A DNA stretch of 64,000 nt from Basidiobolus meristosporus CBS 931.73. Its lineage: Eukaryota; Fungi; Basidiobolomycota. The notes under the pieces were generated by a model, which saw only the letters and a program-made list of their open reading frames with translations, had not been told where the DNA came from and made no database searches. Below are positions 38,401-51,030 of this stretch, one piece after another. The translations under genes were made by a program, and so were the position numbers. The stretch's first letter is position 1, and each line of letters begins with the position of its first letter. The stretch is taken from positions 32,039 through 96,038 of the forward strand of contig MCFE01000319.1 of assembly GCA_002104905.1 (NCBI GenBank), in the 5' to 3' direction.

Positions 38401-41400
38401 AGTGAAGAAAACAGTGGACATCACTTCGGTGAAGGAATTGCCAGAATATTAGGTGGAACGGCATTAGGTGGAGGCATTAGTAGTCTCTTCGAGGGAAAAA
38501 GCTCTAATCAGAGAATGGCCGAGGAGATTTCAACGGTCAGCTTGCACTCCGACGAAGTCACTGATATTCTGAATTCTTCAAGTATATACCAGCAGAGCGC
38601 TACCAAATGGACAGGCTCCAGTGTTACGAAGAGTGAAGGAAGCTACTTGAGTAAAGAAGGTGCTGGAATATTGAGTGGAGAAGTACTAGGAGTTGGTACC
38701 AGCAGCAACACGGGTCATAGCAGAGATACTTATGAAACTATAACCGACAGCTCCGAACTCAATAGCTCACAGGCAACATCTACGTATCTAAATTCAGACA
38801 TCTCAGGTGCCCTTGGAGCCACTGGCGAAGCACAGCAAGTTGGTACAAAGAGTAGTGCTACTGGATGGATGAACAATAGCACTTCTCAACAAGCCGACGT
38901 AAAGGCAGAGTGTGAAGAAGGTCATTTCAACAAAGGAGTGGCTGGTGTGCTAGGAGGAACGGCGCTTGGTGCCATTATCGGTAGCCAGCTAGATCAGTCA
39001 AGTAGAGGAAGTGGTTACGACAATACTGCTGAAAACACCGGGGTGACTGGACAGTACTTAGCAGGAAGAGCTCAGGCTAATCAAAGCTCAGGCGATATCC
39101 AACAGTACAACGTGGAAAGTAATCGCACTGATTGGACCGAGAATAGCCTACCAGGAGCTGGTATTGGCAGCCACTTGAGTGAGAGCAGAGAAATCCTTAA
39201 CAACGATGCGATTGAAAGCGCAACATCAGCAGGACTAAGTTCTGATGAAGTTACCGATATTCTTCAATCCTCCGAAGATGCTCATCTTGTTACAGGTGGT
39301 ACTCAACTTGGAGGCATGGGAAGCAGTACTACTGGATGGACACAGAGTGACACGTATGGACAAGCGAACACCACAGAAGGATATGAAAGAGGTCACTTCA
39401 GTCCCGGAGTGGCTGGTGTGCTAGGAGGATCTGCGCTTGGTGCCGCTACTGGTAGTCAGCTAGGTCAGTCAAGTAGAGGAAGTGGATATGACAATACTGC
39501 TGATAACGCTGAGGTGGCCGGGGAATACTCTGCAGTAGGCGCTCCGGCTAATCAAGACTCAGGCGACATCCAGCAGCACAATGTGGAAAGCAGTCGCACT
39601 ACCTGGACACAGAACAGCACATCTGGAGCGGCCGCTACTGAAGAAGAGACGGAAGGGCATCACTTCAGCAAGGGAGTTGCAGGTGTGATGGGTGCAGCAG
39701 TATTGGGAGCGGGAGTCAGTGGTCTTCTTCACAGAAGAAAGGAGGATACGGATGACAGACGCACTGAGAGCTCATCCGCAGACAACCAATACGACAACCA
39801 TGATGCTGATATTTCACAGCTCTCCAGCAAACCCGAACAAAGTGGAACTTCACTTGGCACTGGGGCTGGCCTAGGCAGTCACCTGAGTGAGACCAGAGAC
39901 AGCTTCAACGATGATGCGATAGAAAGCGCAACATCAGCTGGGTTGAGTTCGGATGAAGTCACGAATGTGCTTCAATCCTCCGAAGATGCCCTACCTGCTA
40001 TAGGAGATGGTCGACTTGAAGGCATGGGAAGCAGCACTACTGGATGGACAAGGAGTGACACGTATGGACAAGCGGACACCACAGAAGGATATGAAGGAGG
40101 TCACTTCAGTCCCGGAGTGGCTGGTGTGCTAGGAGGATCTGCACTTGGTGCCGCTACTGGTAGTCAGCTAGGTCAGTCAAGTAGAGGAAGTGGTGATGAC
40201 ATTGCTGCTGATGATACTGAGGCGACTGGGCAATACTTTGCAGTAGGCACTCAGGCCAATCAAAACTCAGGCAACACCCAACAGTACAATGTGGAAAGCA
40301 GTCGCACTGGTTGGACGCAGAACAGCACATCCGGGACGCCCGGTACTGAAGAACAGACCGAAGGGCATCACTTCAGCAAGGGAGTTGCAGGTGTGATGGG
40401 TGCAGCAGTATTGGGAGCGGGAGTCAGTGGTCTTCTACACAGAAGAAATGAGGATACGGATGACAGACGCACTGAGAGCTCATCCGCGGACAACCAATAC
40501 AACAACCATGAGGCTGATATTTCACAGCTCTCCAGCAAATCCGAACAAAGTGGAACTTCACTTGGCAGCGGGGCTGGCATAGGCAGTCACCTGAGTGAGA
40601 CCAGGGACAGCTTCAACGATGATGCGATAGAAAGCGCAACATCCGCTGGGCTGAGTTCGGATGAAGTCACGAATGTACTTCAATCCTCCGAGGATGCCCG
40701 ACTTGATAGCAAAGGAAGCACCACTACTGGATGGACACAGAGTGACATGTATGGCCAAGCGGACACCACAGAAGGATATGAAGGAGGTCACTTCAGTCCC
40801 GGAGTGGCTGGTGTGCTAGGAGGATCTGCACTTGGTGCCGCTACTGGTAGTCAGCTAGGTCAGTCAAGTAGAGGAAGTGGTGATGACATTGCTGCTGATG
40901 ATACTGAGGCGACTGGGCAATACTTTGCAGTAGGCACTCAGGCCAATCAAAACTCAGGCAACACCCAACAGTACAATGTGGAAAGCAGTCGCACTGGTTG
41001 GACGCAGAACAGCACATCCGGGACGCCCGGTACTGAAGAACAGACCGAAGGGCACGGCTTCAGCAAGGGAGTTGCAGGTGTGATGGGTGCAGCAGTATTA
41101 GGAGCGGGAATAAGTGGTCTTCTACACAGGGGAAAAGAGAACACTGATGACAGTCCTATTGAGAGTTCCTCCGCACACAACCAGTACAGCAACCATGAGG
41201 CTGATATTTCACAGCTCTCTAGCAAATCCGAACAAAGTGGATCTTCACTTGGCACTGGGGCTGGCATAGGCAGTCATCTGAGTGAGACCAGAGACAGCTT
41301 CAACGATGATGCGATAGAAAGCGCAACATCCGCTGGGCTGAGTTCGGATGAAGTCACGAATGTGCTTCAATCCTCCGAAGATGCCCTACCTGCTATAGGA

Positions 41401-44400
41401 GATGGTCGACTTGAAGGCATGGGAAGCAGCACTACTGGATGGACAAGGAGTGACACGTATGGACAAGCGGACACCACAGAAGGATATGAAAGAGGTCACA
41501 TCAGTCCCGGAGTGGCTGGTGTGCTAGGAGGATCTGCGCTTGGTGCCGCTACTGGTAGTCAGCTAGGTCAGTCAAGCAGAGGAAGTGGCGATGACATTGC
41601 CGCTGATGATACTGAGGTGACTGGGCAATACTCTGCAGTAGATACTCAGGCTAATCAAGGCCTAGGGGACACCCAACAGTACAATGTGGAAAGCAGTCGC
41701 ACCGGTTGGACACAGAACAGCACATCTGGAGCGGCCGCTACTGAAGAAGAGACGGAAGGGCATCACTTCAGCAAGGGGGTTGCAGGTGTGATGGGTGCAG
41801 CAGTATTGGGAGCGGGAGTTAGTGGTCTTCTTCACAGAAGAAAAGAGAACACTGATGACAGTCCTGTTGAGAGCTCATCCGTAGACAACCAATACGACAA
41901 CCATGATGCTGATATTTCACAGCTCTCCAGCAAATCAGAACAAAGTGAAACTGCACTAGGTACTGGGGCTGGCATTGGCATTGGCAGTCACCTGAGTGAG
42001 ACCAGAGACAGCTTCAACGATGATGCGATAGAAAGCGCAACATCCGCTGGGCTGAGTTCGGATGAAGTCACGAATGTTCTTCAATCCTCCGAAGATGCCC
42101 TACCTGCTGTAGGAGATGGTCGACTTGAAGGCATGGGAAGCAGTACTACTGGATGGACAAGGAGTGACACGTATGGACAAGCGGGCACCACAGAAGGATA
42201 TGAAAGAGGTCACATCAGTCCCGGAGTGGCTGGTGTGCTAGGAGGATCTGCACTTGGTGCCGCTACTGTTAGTCAGCTAGGTCAGTCAAGTAGAGGAAGT
42301 GGTGATGACATTGCTGCTGATGATACTGAGGCGACTGGGCAATACTTTGCAGTAGACACTCAGGCTAATCAAGGCCTAGGCGACACCCAACAGTACAATG
42401 TGGAAAGCAGTCGCACCGGTTGGACACAGAACAGCACATCTGGAGCGGCCGCTACTGAAGAAGAGACGGAAGGGCATCACTTCAGCAAGGGAGTTGCAGG
42501 TGTGATGGGTGCAGCAGTATTGGGAGCGGGAATCAGTGGTCTCCTTCACAGAAGAAAGGAGGATACGGATGACAGACGCACTGAGAGCTCATCCGCGGAC
42601 AACCAATACAACAACCATGAGGCTGATATTTCAAAGTTCTCTAGTAAATCCGAACGAAGTGGAACTTCACTTGGCACTGGGGCTGGCCTAGGCAGTCATC
42701 TGGGTGAGACCAGAGACAGCTTCAACGATGATGCGATAGAAAGCGCAACATCCGCTGGGCTGAGTTCGGATGAAGTCACGAATGTACTTCAATCCTCCGA
42801 GGATGCCCGACTTGATAGCAAAGGAAGCACCACTACTGGATGGACACAGAGTGACATGTATGGCCAAGCGGACACCACAGAAGGATATGAAGGAGGTCAC
42901 TTCAGTCCCGGAGTGGTTGGTGTGCTAGGAGGATCTGCACTTGGTACCGCTACTGGTAGTCAGCTAGGTCAGTCAAGCAGAGGAAGTGGCGATGACATTG
43001 CCGCTGATGATACTGAGGTGACTGGGCAATACTCTGCAGTAGACACTCAGGTTAATCAAGGCCTAGGGGACACCCAACAGTACAATGTGGAAAGCAGTCG
43101 CACCGGTTGGACACAGAACAGCACATCTGGAGCGGCCGCTACTGAAGAAGAGACGGAAGGGCATCACTTCAGCAAGGGAGTTGCAGGTGTGATGGGTGCA
43201 GCAGTATTGGGAGCGGGAATCAGTGGTCTTCTTCACAGAAGAAATGAGGATACGGATGACAGACGCACTGAGAGCTCATCCGCAGACAACCAATACAACA
43301 ACCATGATGCTGATATTTCACAGCTCTCCAGCAAATCCGAACAAAGTGGAACTTCACTTGGCACCGGGGCTGGCCTAGGCAGTCATCTGAGTGAGACCAG
43401 AGACAGCTTCAACGATGATGCGATAGAAAGCGCAACATCCGCTGGGCTGAGTTCGGATGAAGTCACGAATGTTCTCCAATCCTCCGAAGATGCCCTACCT
43501 GTTACAGGAGATGGTCGACTTGAAGACATGGGAAGCAGCACTACTGGATGGACAAGGAGTGATACGTATGGCCAAGCGGACACCACAGAAGGATATGAAG
43601 GGGGTCACTTCAGTCCCGGAGTGGCTGGTGTGCTAGGAGGATCTGCACTTGGTGCCGCTACTGGTAGTCAGCTAGGTCAGTCAAGCAGAGGAAGTGGCGA
43701 TGACATTGCTGCTGATGATACTGAGGCGACTGGGCAATACTTTGCAGTAGACACTCAGGCTAATCAAGGCCTAGGGGACACCCAACAGTACAATGTGGAA
43801 AGCAGTCGCACCGGTTGGACACAGAACAGCACATCTGGAGCGGCCGCTACTGAAGAAGAGATGGAAGGTCATCACTTCAGCAAGGGAGTTGCAGGTGTGA
43901 TGGGTGCAGCAGTATTGGGAGCGGGAATCAGTGGTCTTCTTCACAGAAGAAAGGAGGATACGGATGACAGACGCACTGAGAGCTCATCCGTAGACAACCA
44001 ATACAACAACCATGAGGCTGATATTTCACAGCTCTCCAGCAAATCCGAACAAAGTGGAACTTCACTTGGCACCGGGGCTGGCATAGGCAGTCACCTGAGT
44101 GAGACCAGAGACAGCTTCAACGATGATGCGATAGAAAGCGCAACATCAGCTGGGCTGAGTTCGGATGAAGTCACGAATGTACTTCAATCCTTCGAGGATG
44201 CCCGACTTGATAGCAAAGGAAGCACCACTACTGGATGGGCACAGAGTGACACGTATGGCCAAGCGGACACCACAGAAGGATATGAAGGAGGTCACTTCAG
44301 TCCCGGAGTGGTTGGTGTGCTAGGAGGATCTGCACTTGGTGCCGCTACTGGTAGTCAGCTAGGTCAGTCAAGCAGAGGAAGTGGTGATGACATTGCTGCT

Positions 44401-47400
44401 GATGATACTGAGGCGACTGGGCAATACTTTGCAGTAGACACTCAGGCTAACCAAGGCCTAGGCGACACCCAACAGTACAATGTGGAAAGCAGTCGCACCG
44501 GTTGGACACAGAACAGCACATCTGGAGCGGCCGCTACTGAAGAAGAGGCGGAAGGGCATCACTTCAGCAAGGGAGTTGCAGGTGTGATGGGTGCAGCAGT
44601 ATTGGGAGCGGGAGTCAGTGGTCTTCTTCACAGAAGAAAAGAGAACACTGATGACAGACGCACTGAGAGCTCATCCGCAGACAACCAATACAACAACCAT
44701 GAGGCTGATATTTCAAAGTTCTCTAGTAAATCCGAACAAAATGGAACTTCACTTGGCACTGGGGCTGGCCTAGGCAGTCATCTGAGTGAGACCAGAGACA
44801 GCTTCAACGATGATGCGATAGAAAGCGCAACATCCGCTGGGCTGAGTTCGGATGAAGTCACGAATGTACTTCAATCCTCCGAGGATGCCCGACTTGATAG
44901 CAAAGGAAGCACCACTACTGGATGGGCACAGAGTGACACGTATGGCCAAGCGGACACCACAGAAGGATATGAAGGAGGTCACTTCAGTCCCGGAGTGGTT
45001 GGTGTGCTAGGAGGATCTGCGCTTGGTGCCGCTACTGGTAGTCAGCCAGGTCAGTCAAGCAGAGGAAGTGGGGATGACATTGCCGCTGATGATACTGAGG
45101 CGACTGGGCAATACTTTGCAGTAGACACTCAGGCTAACCAAGGCCTAGGCGAAACCCAACAGCACAATGTGGAAAACAGTCGCACTGGTTGGCTACAGAA
45201 TAGCACATCCACTGTGGGCTCCAAAGAAGAAGAGACGGAAGGGCACCACTTAAGCAAGGGAGTTGCGGGAGTCGTGGGTGCAGCCGTTTTGGGGGCAGGA
45301 ACCCGTGGCCTTCTCCGTAAACGAAGTGAAAACCTTGATAATGATGCAACAAACACCACTAGTACAAGTAACTCAGGCCAGCCACAGCGAGGTGATGTTA
45401 AAAGTAGGACCTTTGAGGGTGTAGCAGGCGTTCTAAGTGGTACCGCGATTGGTGCGCGTCTTAGTGGATTGTTTGGGCGGAGAGAGAAGAACTCTGTCAA
45501 TGAGATGGTTCAAGAAGCTACGTCGGAACCCTTAGATGCCGAACAATTAGATGCCGCTATTCCATCATCGTCTAAACAAACTGATAGCAATATACTTTCC
45601 CAAGCTATGGAATCCATCAGGAACAGTTTTAATACCGCCACTGGCAATGATGGGGTGAATTCCAGTGATCAACACTCTAAAGAAACTGCACAAGCGTTAG
45701 GCGGAGCATCTCTAGGCCTCGGAGCTGGCTCACTATTCAAGGCTAGAAGAAGTTCAGTTGATGAGATGGTTACACGGGTTGCAAGTGTTGGTCTGCATCC
45801 TAACAGCATTGATCAGGTATTTAATACCTCGGATGAACCGGTGGAAAGTAACCAACTCCGCCCTACTGAAACGGCGGGTACAAGAAGAGTACAACCTGCA
45901 CCTCTACCTAGTATCAGTGGCAGAGCAGGAAATAAGATTCCCAGCGTTAAAAATGATAATCTTTTTAGTGAAGCAAGAAGATTTTCTATTGATGATATGG
46001 TCAGTAGGACAGCCACGGTTAGCCTCCATCCCGATCAAATAGGTCAAGCCACCAGCCCCCGACAGTTAGGAACTGAAGAAATGTCATCAAGAAATCGAAT
46101 CAAATCGGATGATATTCCACGGATTTTAGGTTCTAAGAGATACCCTGAAGCTTTTGAAGTCTCTCCAGTACAGACCACAGCATTACCTTCCGGAAGTAGT
46201 CTTGGTATCGGTGATCTATTTGCTAGTTCGCAGTCGAGAATGAATGCAAAACTAGAACCCGACAATGAACAATCGCCACTATCAAAAACGGTCGACGACA
46301 TTAATGCCAGGTTCAATCGGATGTTTGAGTATAATGAAAGCGATAGTCTTGACGATCCAGTGACGACCAGTGAACTCGGTGAAGATATGTCAGTAGGAAC
46401 AAATGAGGCTTCTACTCCAGCAATGCAAGACCTGAATCTTGCGAACAGATCTAATTTACATGACAGTAATCTACTCCCTTTCCCTGTTACCATGTCTCCA
46501 TCGCCGCCAACTAGTGCAAGACACCACCAACCAGCTGAACGGGATATCAGCCGATTGTTCGATGATATCCCCTATCCTCAAAAACATGAAGGGCCTCAAG
46601 GTGGTGATCTAGCAAGTGCAAATGTCAGAGCACTATTTGATGATATCGAGGCTCCGTCAAACGCTAGCTCACGTATCAAACGCTCTATTGGCGCAGAAGA
46701 GCTGTATGCAGATTCGCATGAAACTCCCAAACCGACCACTTCGGATGAGCATGGAGTGCAACGCAGATTCTATGGCTCTTCCGGAGTTGCTATTTCTTCA
46801 CTAACCTCTGGTCCAAGCGAGCCAAGACTGAGTTCTCCAACAAATAACCCTATCGTCTACTCTCATCCCAACATCTTACCAAACTTTGAAGCGCATGAGA
46901 ACCGAGCCTTGGTTTCCAAACAGAGTGGCTCTCATAATCATGAACAGAAGAGTGACATTAGTGATATGATTGAGAGAACGGCTGCAGTTGGCTTAGCGTC
47001 AGGTCTCATTGGCAAGGCCGTTGGCTCATCTGAGCCAGGTGAGAATCCACGCCTTAGTAGCAAGAATGATGCCTCAATTGCGGGTGCGAACATACCTTCG
47101 GATGATGGACTGGCTGAACGCAGAGCCAATTCTTCTCTTCATTCTGGCCAAATCAACCCTACATCTCAGGAACCCCGGTCAGAATATGAATTGGTTCAAG
47201 AGGAGATTCCTCAAAGAACTCTTGACCTCGGTGTTGATCCGCAACAGCTTGGTGATTCTACATCGAATGCATATAGCGGTGTGGGTTCTGAAGATATCAA
47301 CATCGTCTCTACTTCTAAGAACGTGTTAGATAATAACACACCTCATGCTGAAAGACTAAACCAAGAAACGATTGGCACCCTTGAAACGCAGACAAGCTCT

Positions 47401-49098
47401 GATGAGGGCTTCCTAAGCTCGACTGGCACTGCGTTAGCATCTGCTGTGGCCGCTGTAGGTGTAGGAATGAGCAGTCTGATCCACAGAAACAACGACACCA
47501 CTCAGAGCATATACGCCGAGCGTTATCCTACAATTCCCTCGGACGTCCCGATTAGTAATTTCGATGAGATCCAATCTGATATATGGGCAACCGAAGAGGA
47601 TTATCTTCAGAACTCAGCCATGGCTAGGGAGCATCCATCAGTACGCTCAGATGTCTTAATGTCAACCGATGACCCAGTTGAAAAGACAGCTTCAACTATG
47701 CCAATTCCGGTCACCCAACCAGCAGAGCTAAACAGACTTGAGATAGATCCCCCAACAAGTACAGAGCCCAATGGTGGGTTGCTGGGCAAAACTAGCACCA
47801 CTATTACTGCCGCTGCTGCAGCTATAACTACCGGAGTAGGGGCATGGTTGTATGGCAAACACAGCGTTGTTGAAACTGAAATGCCACGTTTATATCCCAC
47901 TGTCCCCTCTAATGTTCCTACCGGCAGATCAATCATACCAGAACTCCAGAATGTCAATTTCTCCACAAAGTACCCGACCGTTCGTTCTGATATTCCTACT
48001 GATGACGAAACAAACATCCTTTCAGTCGAGTCCACAGATCAAACTACAGTTATTGCCACTACCCTCGAGTCGAACGAAATGCCATTACCAGGTGCATACG
48101 TCGATGAAAGCAAGTTTGAAAGCCGGGAGAACGAAACGCGGTTAGATCATAGCGTAGAGGTTGAGGCTGGCAACAAGTCCACTCGCTCCGATCCTCCGCC
48201 ACAGTTTAAAGTAGCACTGGGTGCAGCTGGAGCTGTTGGTGCTGTTGTTGGTGCAGGCTATGCGTACCACAAACTACGCAAAGAATCTAGTCACGAGGCT
48301 ACGGATACTGAAGAAAGATTCTGGATTCTTCACCGACAAAAATCGCTTGAAGATATTGTAGAACACCGACCACCACCGTCAAATGGGCCAGAGCAGATCA
48401 CCCCCGATGAAGCAAACTTCTGGATAGAGCACCGACGTAAATCTTTAGAAGATATATTGCAGAATAAGCCCCTTCCTGCCACCAGCCAAGCAAAGAAGGT
48501 AAAAACCCCGACCAAATCCACACAAGATAACATCCCTCTTGCAATGGACACCTCCCTGTACTTTGTTCCTTCAAACAAATCTACCGTTGACAATGATTCA
48601 CCTCGCGGGCCAAGACAAAGAGCTATCTATAACGAACTGAATGCCAACTTGGAGCAAACCCCCACTGAATCGAAAACCAACGAACTTCCTGAGCCGGCAA
48701 TTCACTCTAACAATGAAGCCTCCACACCACAACAACCCATAACGCAAAGCACTACCCAAGTAACACCAATCCCGCAGTTGGCAGAAGATTACATAAGAAA
48801 CACTCAGCCCACAGCGTCGATTCCCCATAGAAACCCATCAGCGAAAAGTAACGAGGGGGAGATAACTGTACTAACCCAACAATCCCCGGCTACTACCGAG
48901 ATCGTTTCGACAACGAAAGGAAAGCATCCGGAGCTTGATCTTCACGAGTCGGACAGTGAAACCCACTTCACGGATCCAATTCAATCGCAAAATCAGCAAG
49001 TATCGAAGAACGGAACATTCAAAAAGTTCACTCGTACTGTGCGTAAGCGATTGAATTCGCTGCTGGGTGGCCGCAATCAAACAGGAACGGCACACTAG
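35413..49098 (+). CDS. Giant (~4,542 aa) Ser/Thr/Gly/Glu-rich repeat protein of unknown function, 2 exons
   Basis: Exon 1 35413-36348 joins in phase across a 57-nt intron (GTATTG..CTAAC..ATTAG, 36349-36405) to a 12.7-kb open exon 2. No signal peptide and no recognisable globular domain. Confidence 0.9.
38870..45320 (+). repeat. In-frame coding tandem array, about 9 units of 687-714 nt
   Basis: The anchor GGTCAC(T/A)TCAGTCCCGGAGTGG occurs at 39391, 40099, 40786, 41494, 42208, 42895, 43603, 44290 and 44977 (spacings 708, 687, 708, 714, 687, 708, 687, 687, all multiples of 3). Units are near-identical; both ends are degenerate. Confidence 0.97.
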
Positions 49099-50175
49099 CC
49101 ATTCAGTCCAGAACAGAGTCCAGACTGGCCCGTTATGAACCTATGCTTTAGATAATTTTCTTTGTGTAATCTACAGATCTAGTCAGTAAATAAACAGGTT
49201 GTTCAATATGAGCATCTTTCCCATGTAGACTCATCATGAGCAGTAAGGCTAAGGCACCGGCTATGAGCAGGGCCAATGTCTAAGATACGTGATAACCCAA
49301 ACTTGATTGAGTATTGAGGCTTGAATTCTCGGTATTCTAGAATCTTGCCAGACTTCAAGTCAAATATATGATATAATGGAGCAGACCTGCATTTGCTAAT
49401 CGACAACCACCTGTTATAGTGCCAAACAACATATAGTTCTCTGCTAGTGATTGGCTAATCAGCGACCTATCTTGGCCAATGTCAAGTCTTTCTTGACTCA
49501 TTCGGAATGCACAGCGTTTCCATTAAAGTTGCTCCTCAGATGGGTCGATTGATGCCAAACATCATGTGGGTATTTGTGCCATAAGCACGTGATGCTGCTG
49601 GGCCTATTCACTATGACTACCTGAACTAGTTACAGCCTGATCAAATCAGAGTGTACAACGAAGGATCCGAGCAGGCTGTACCGTGGTATTCGAGAAGTGA
49701 TGAATACTTATTAGTCTGGTATCTAATCTGCGCTTATGCTGATCCTCGGTAGCACCCGGTGATTGGAAGTTTCATGGAGATCGCTTGCATAAGGGTACGT
49801 AGCTAGTCAATTGCACATTTGTCTCAAAAGCAATGACATTGTGTCAGATATTTCATGTGGATACACAGGTACCGAAAGATAGGATTCATCAATCGATTCG
49901 CCTGAGGCCCGAATTGTTGCATCATCGTGCTATTTTTAATGGACTGTCTATTCATCTCCACCATGTTGGAGATTGTCATCATACTCGGTACATATTAATA
50001 TATTGTTTCATTTCATTCAGCTATAGGGGGCATATAATGTGAGGAATCTGTGGCAGATCGTATCCTGACCGGTCGACATAATTGGGCGGACAGGAAACGA
50101 GCGGTCACGTATAAGAACGGAAGGAAGCTGACCATGAGCTTATAAACTCCCACACTAATCCTTGCTGCCGGTCAG

Positions 50176-50757
50176 TTGTCCTCTCGAACTATGGTAGTAG
50201 CTAAATTGGCAACGAAATCACCAGCGATAGAGCTTCAACATCCGGCCATTCCGAAGGTTTCGCACGAGCATCACGTAGAAAAGATATCTTTCCCCGTTGA
50301 TGATGTCGGGGATCTGACTAAGCGAAAGACGCTCAAAGAGACCCCGTATCTAATCTCCACCACCAAATCAATGGTCAAGCAATCACAACGAAGTCCAGTA
50401 AACTTCGCCAGCTATGATCCCGGGCTTGACTCATCCATTCCTGACATCGATGAAGACTCTCTTGGGCCTTCCCAAAAGACACAATCCACCTCACGGTCCT
50501 TCACCATGTATACTATAGACCGGGATTTCGACCAGAGTTGCTTTGCAGATCGGAAGGCCACCAAAGCAGGTGGGTATTGGGATAAGACACGTGGCACGGT
50601 CAAGGTATGTTATGGCTGCTACCTCCTGAACCATACACTGTACTAATTAGGATTCAAGCGAACATTGGGGTTTATCTTCCACAAGAAGAAGTGGCGTATA
50701 GATGGCCAGTATCTCGTCACTCTTGGTCAACACAAAATTCGGGCCAGCACCGCTTAG
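50176..50757 (+). CDS. Small protein with CsbD-like C-terminus (5' end undefined)
   Basis: A 54-nt intron at 50605-50658 (GTATGT..TACTAAT..TCAAG) gives KAGGYWDKTRGTVK|RTLGFIFHKKKWRIDGQYLVTLGQHKIRASTA*, resembling the CsbD/Hmp1 pattern G.WD..KG.VK..LG. An acceptor-like CAG precedes 50176, but I could not find the upstream exon. Confidence 0.45.
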
Positions 50758-51030
50758 TCTCTGGTTTCGCTTCCCTTCTAGCCCAGCTTGGGCCAATAAT
50801 CACCCTTTTTATTTCGATGTAAATATATTATCAGCTCAGACTTGACCTTCCTGGAGTTCGTAGCTTGAGCGGAAATAAACCCCGCACCAAGTCAATAGAA
50901 GTTCTCGGACTGATCCGTAACAGCAGCTTCAAGATAAAGCCCGACCTAATCACCTTCATCCGACCAAATTAGTGCGTACCAAATAAATCTATGCTTTACG
51001 CTTGAAATGCCAATTGGTCCAACCAAGGGA

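Noticed and set aside
38870-45320. Regularly spaced repeats as a CRISPR-like array
   Set aside because: Whole units are repeated with no unique spacers, all are in frame in a coding exon, and the genome is eukaryotic.
35718-48828. Many antisense and alternate-frame ORFs, including the recurring MQQYWERESV.. 60-mers
   Set aside because: Shadows of the giant gene's codon bias and tandem array.
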